In this document: positions 23,768-24,000 of the stretch, in pieces | How positions within the stretch are numbered: position 1 is the stretch's first letter | How the letters are laid out: each line of letters begins with the position of its first letter | Assembly (NCBI GenBank): GCA_005524015.1 | Contig: SULG01000016.1 | Location: 1-24,000, forward strand | DNA: 24,000 bases | Source of the DNA: Candidatus Jettenia ecosi | Lineage (GTDB): Bacteria; Planctomycetota; Brocadiia; Brocadiales; Brocadiaceae | Reading direction: 5' to 3' | Translations under genes and position numbers: made by a program | Notes under the pieces: model-generated | What the model was told of the DNA's origin: nothing | Database searches by the model: none | Seen by the model: the letters and a program-made list of their open reading frames with translations, nothing else

Positions 23768-24000
23768 CTAATCAGATTCGGAATGATTAGGGGAAATGAG
23801 TCTTACCATACGTATGCCATGGTGACCATGACCATAATAATCAGCTAAATATTCCTGGTCAATAAAGCCAAGTTTGTAATAGAGGTTGATAGCTCCCTGA
23901 TTTTTTGCATTGACTTCAAGAAAAATACGTTGGGCACCACGTACAGCGAGTGCATTTAGAATATGGCTAACCAATCTTTGTCCTATGTAATTTCCCTGTG
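23768..24000 (-). CDS. GNAT-family N-acetyltransferase (RimI-like), C-terminal part; the gene continues beyond the window end
   Basis: The reading frame stays open upstream of the track's TTG (23974) to the window edge, giving ...QGNYIGQRLVSHILNALAVRGAQRIFLEVNAKNQGAINLYYKLGF. This is GNAT motif A (Q/R-x-x-G-x-G/A) followed by the NxxAxxLYxKxGF motif B. Confidence 0.75.
   Translation of the reverse strand, partial: QGNYIGQRLVSHILNALAVRGAQRIFLEVNAKNQGAINLYYKLGFIDQEYLADYYGHGHHGIRMVRLISPNHSESD

Noticed and set aside
1-24000. Looked for defence islands, secretion or biosynthetic clusters, mobile elements, CRISPR repeats, tRNA/rRNA genes, long direct or inverted repeats and composition shifts that could mark an undescribed system.
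   Set aside because: Every ORF over 90 codons except three small proteins has a clear housekeeping assignment. No integrase or transposase, array-like periodicity or abrupt compositional change was visible by eye. Claiming a novel system here would not be supported.

Overview
This is visibly AT-rich bacterial chromosomal core DNA. 24 of the 26 genes I can support lie on the minus strand.
(1) 1-10708 is a division/cell-wall (dcw) cluster. Read right to left it is mraZ-rsmH-ftsL(like)-ftsI-[98-aa orphan ORF]-murE-murF-mraY-ftsW-murG-murC. Only the first 33 codons of murC are in the window; I found them by hand and they are not in the ORF track. murD is missing from its canonical slot between mraY and ftsW. 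Upstream of mraZ, a TTGACA/TATTGT promoter is followed by three AAGTGG direct repeats at exact 10-bp phasing, a good candidate MraZ operator.
(2) 10972-13204 holds queA (+), a GatB/YqeY-domain gene and a small 2-TM zinc-ribbon protein (-), and a 63-aa CPKC thioredoxin-fold mini-protein (+).
(3) 13207-16546 holds a NitT/TauT-type ABC importer (binding protein, ATPase with a 4-Cys tail, permease) downstream of a three-Cys Rrf2 regulator.
(4) 16623-24000 holds an ATP-type PEP carboxykinase, a stand-alone class-I glutamine amidotransferase, thiC (no TPP riboswitch, overlaps rluB), rluB, recN, a Trbp111/YgjH-like tRNA-binding protein and the 3' part of a GNAT acetyltransferase.
I saw no rRNA or tRNA genes, CRISPR array, transposase/integrase or long repeat. 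This is housekeeping DNA and I do not see a discrete novel multi-gene system. The items most worth a second look are the orphan ORF translationally coupled to murE inside the dcw cluster, the murD-less cluster architecture, the phased repeats at the mraZ promoter, and the Cys-rich tail and dyad sites of the ABC/Rrf2 locus. Many track ORFs begin at GTG/TTG (printed as M), and I revised several starts using SD spacing and N-terminal homology. The organism cannot be assigned from this window alone.
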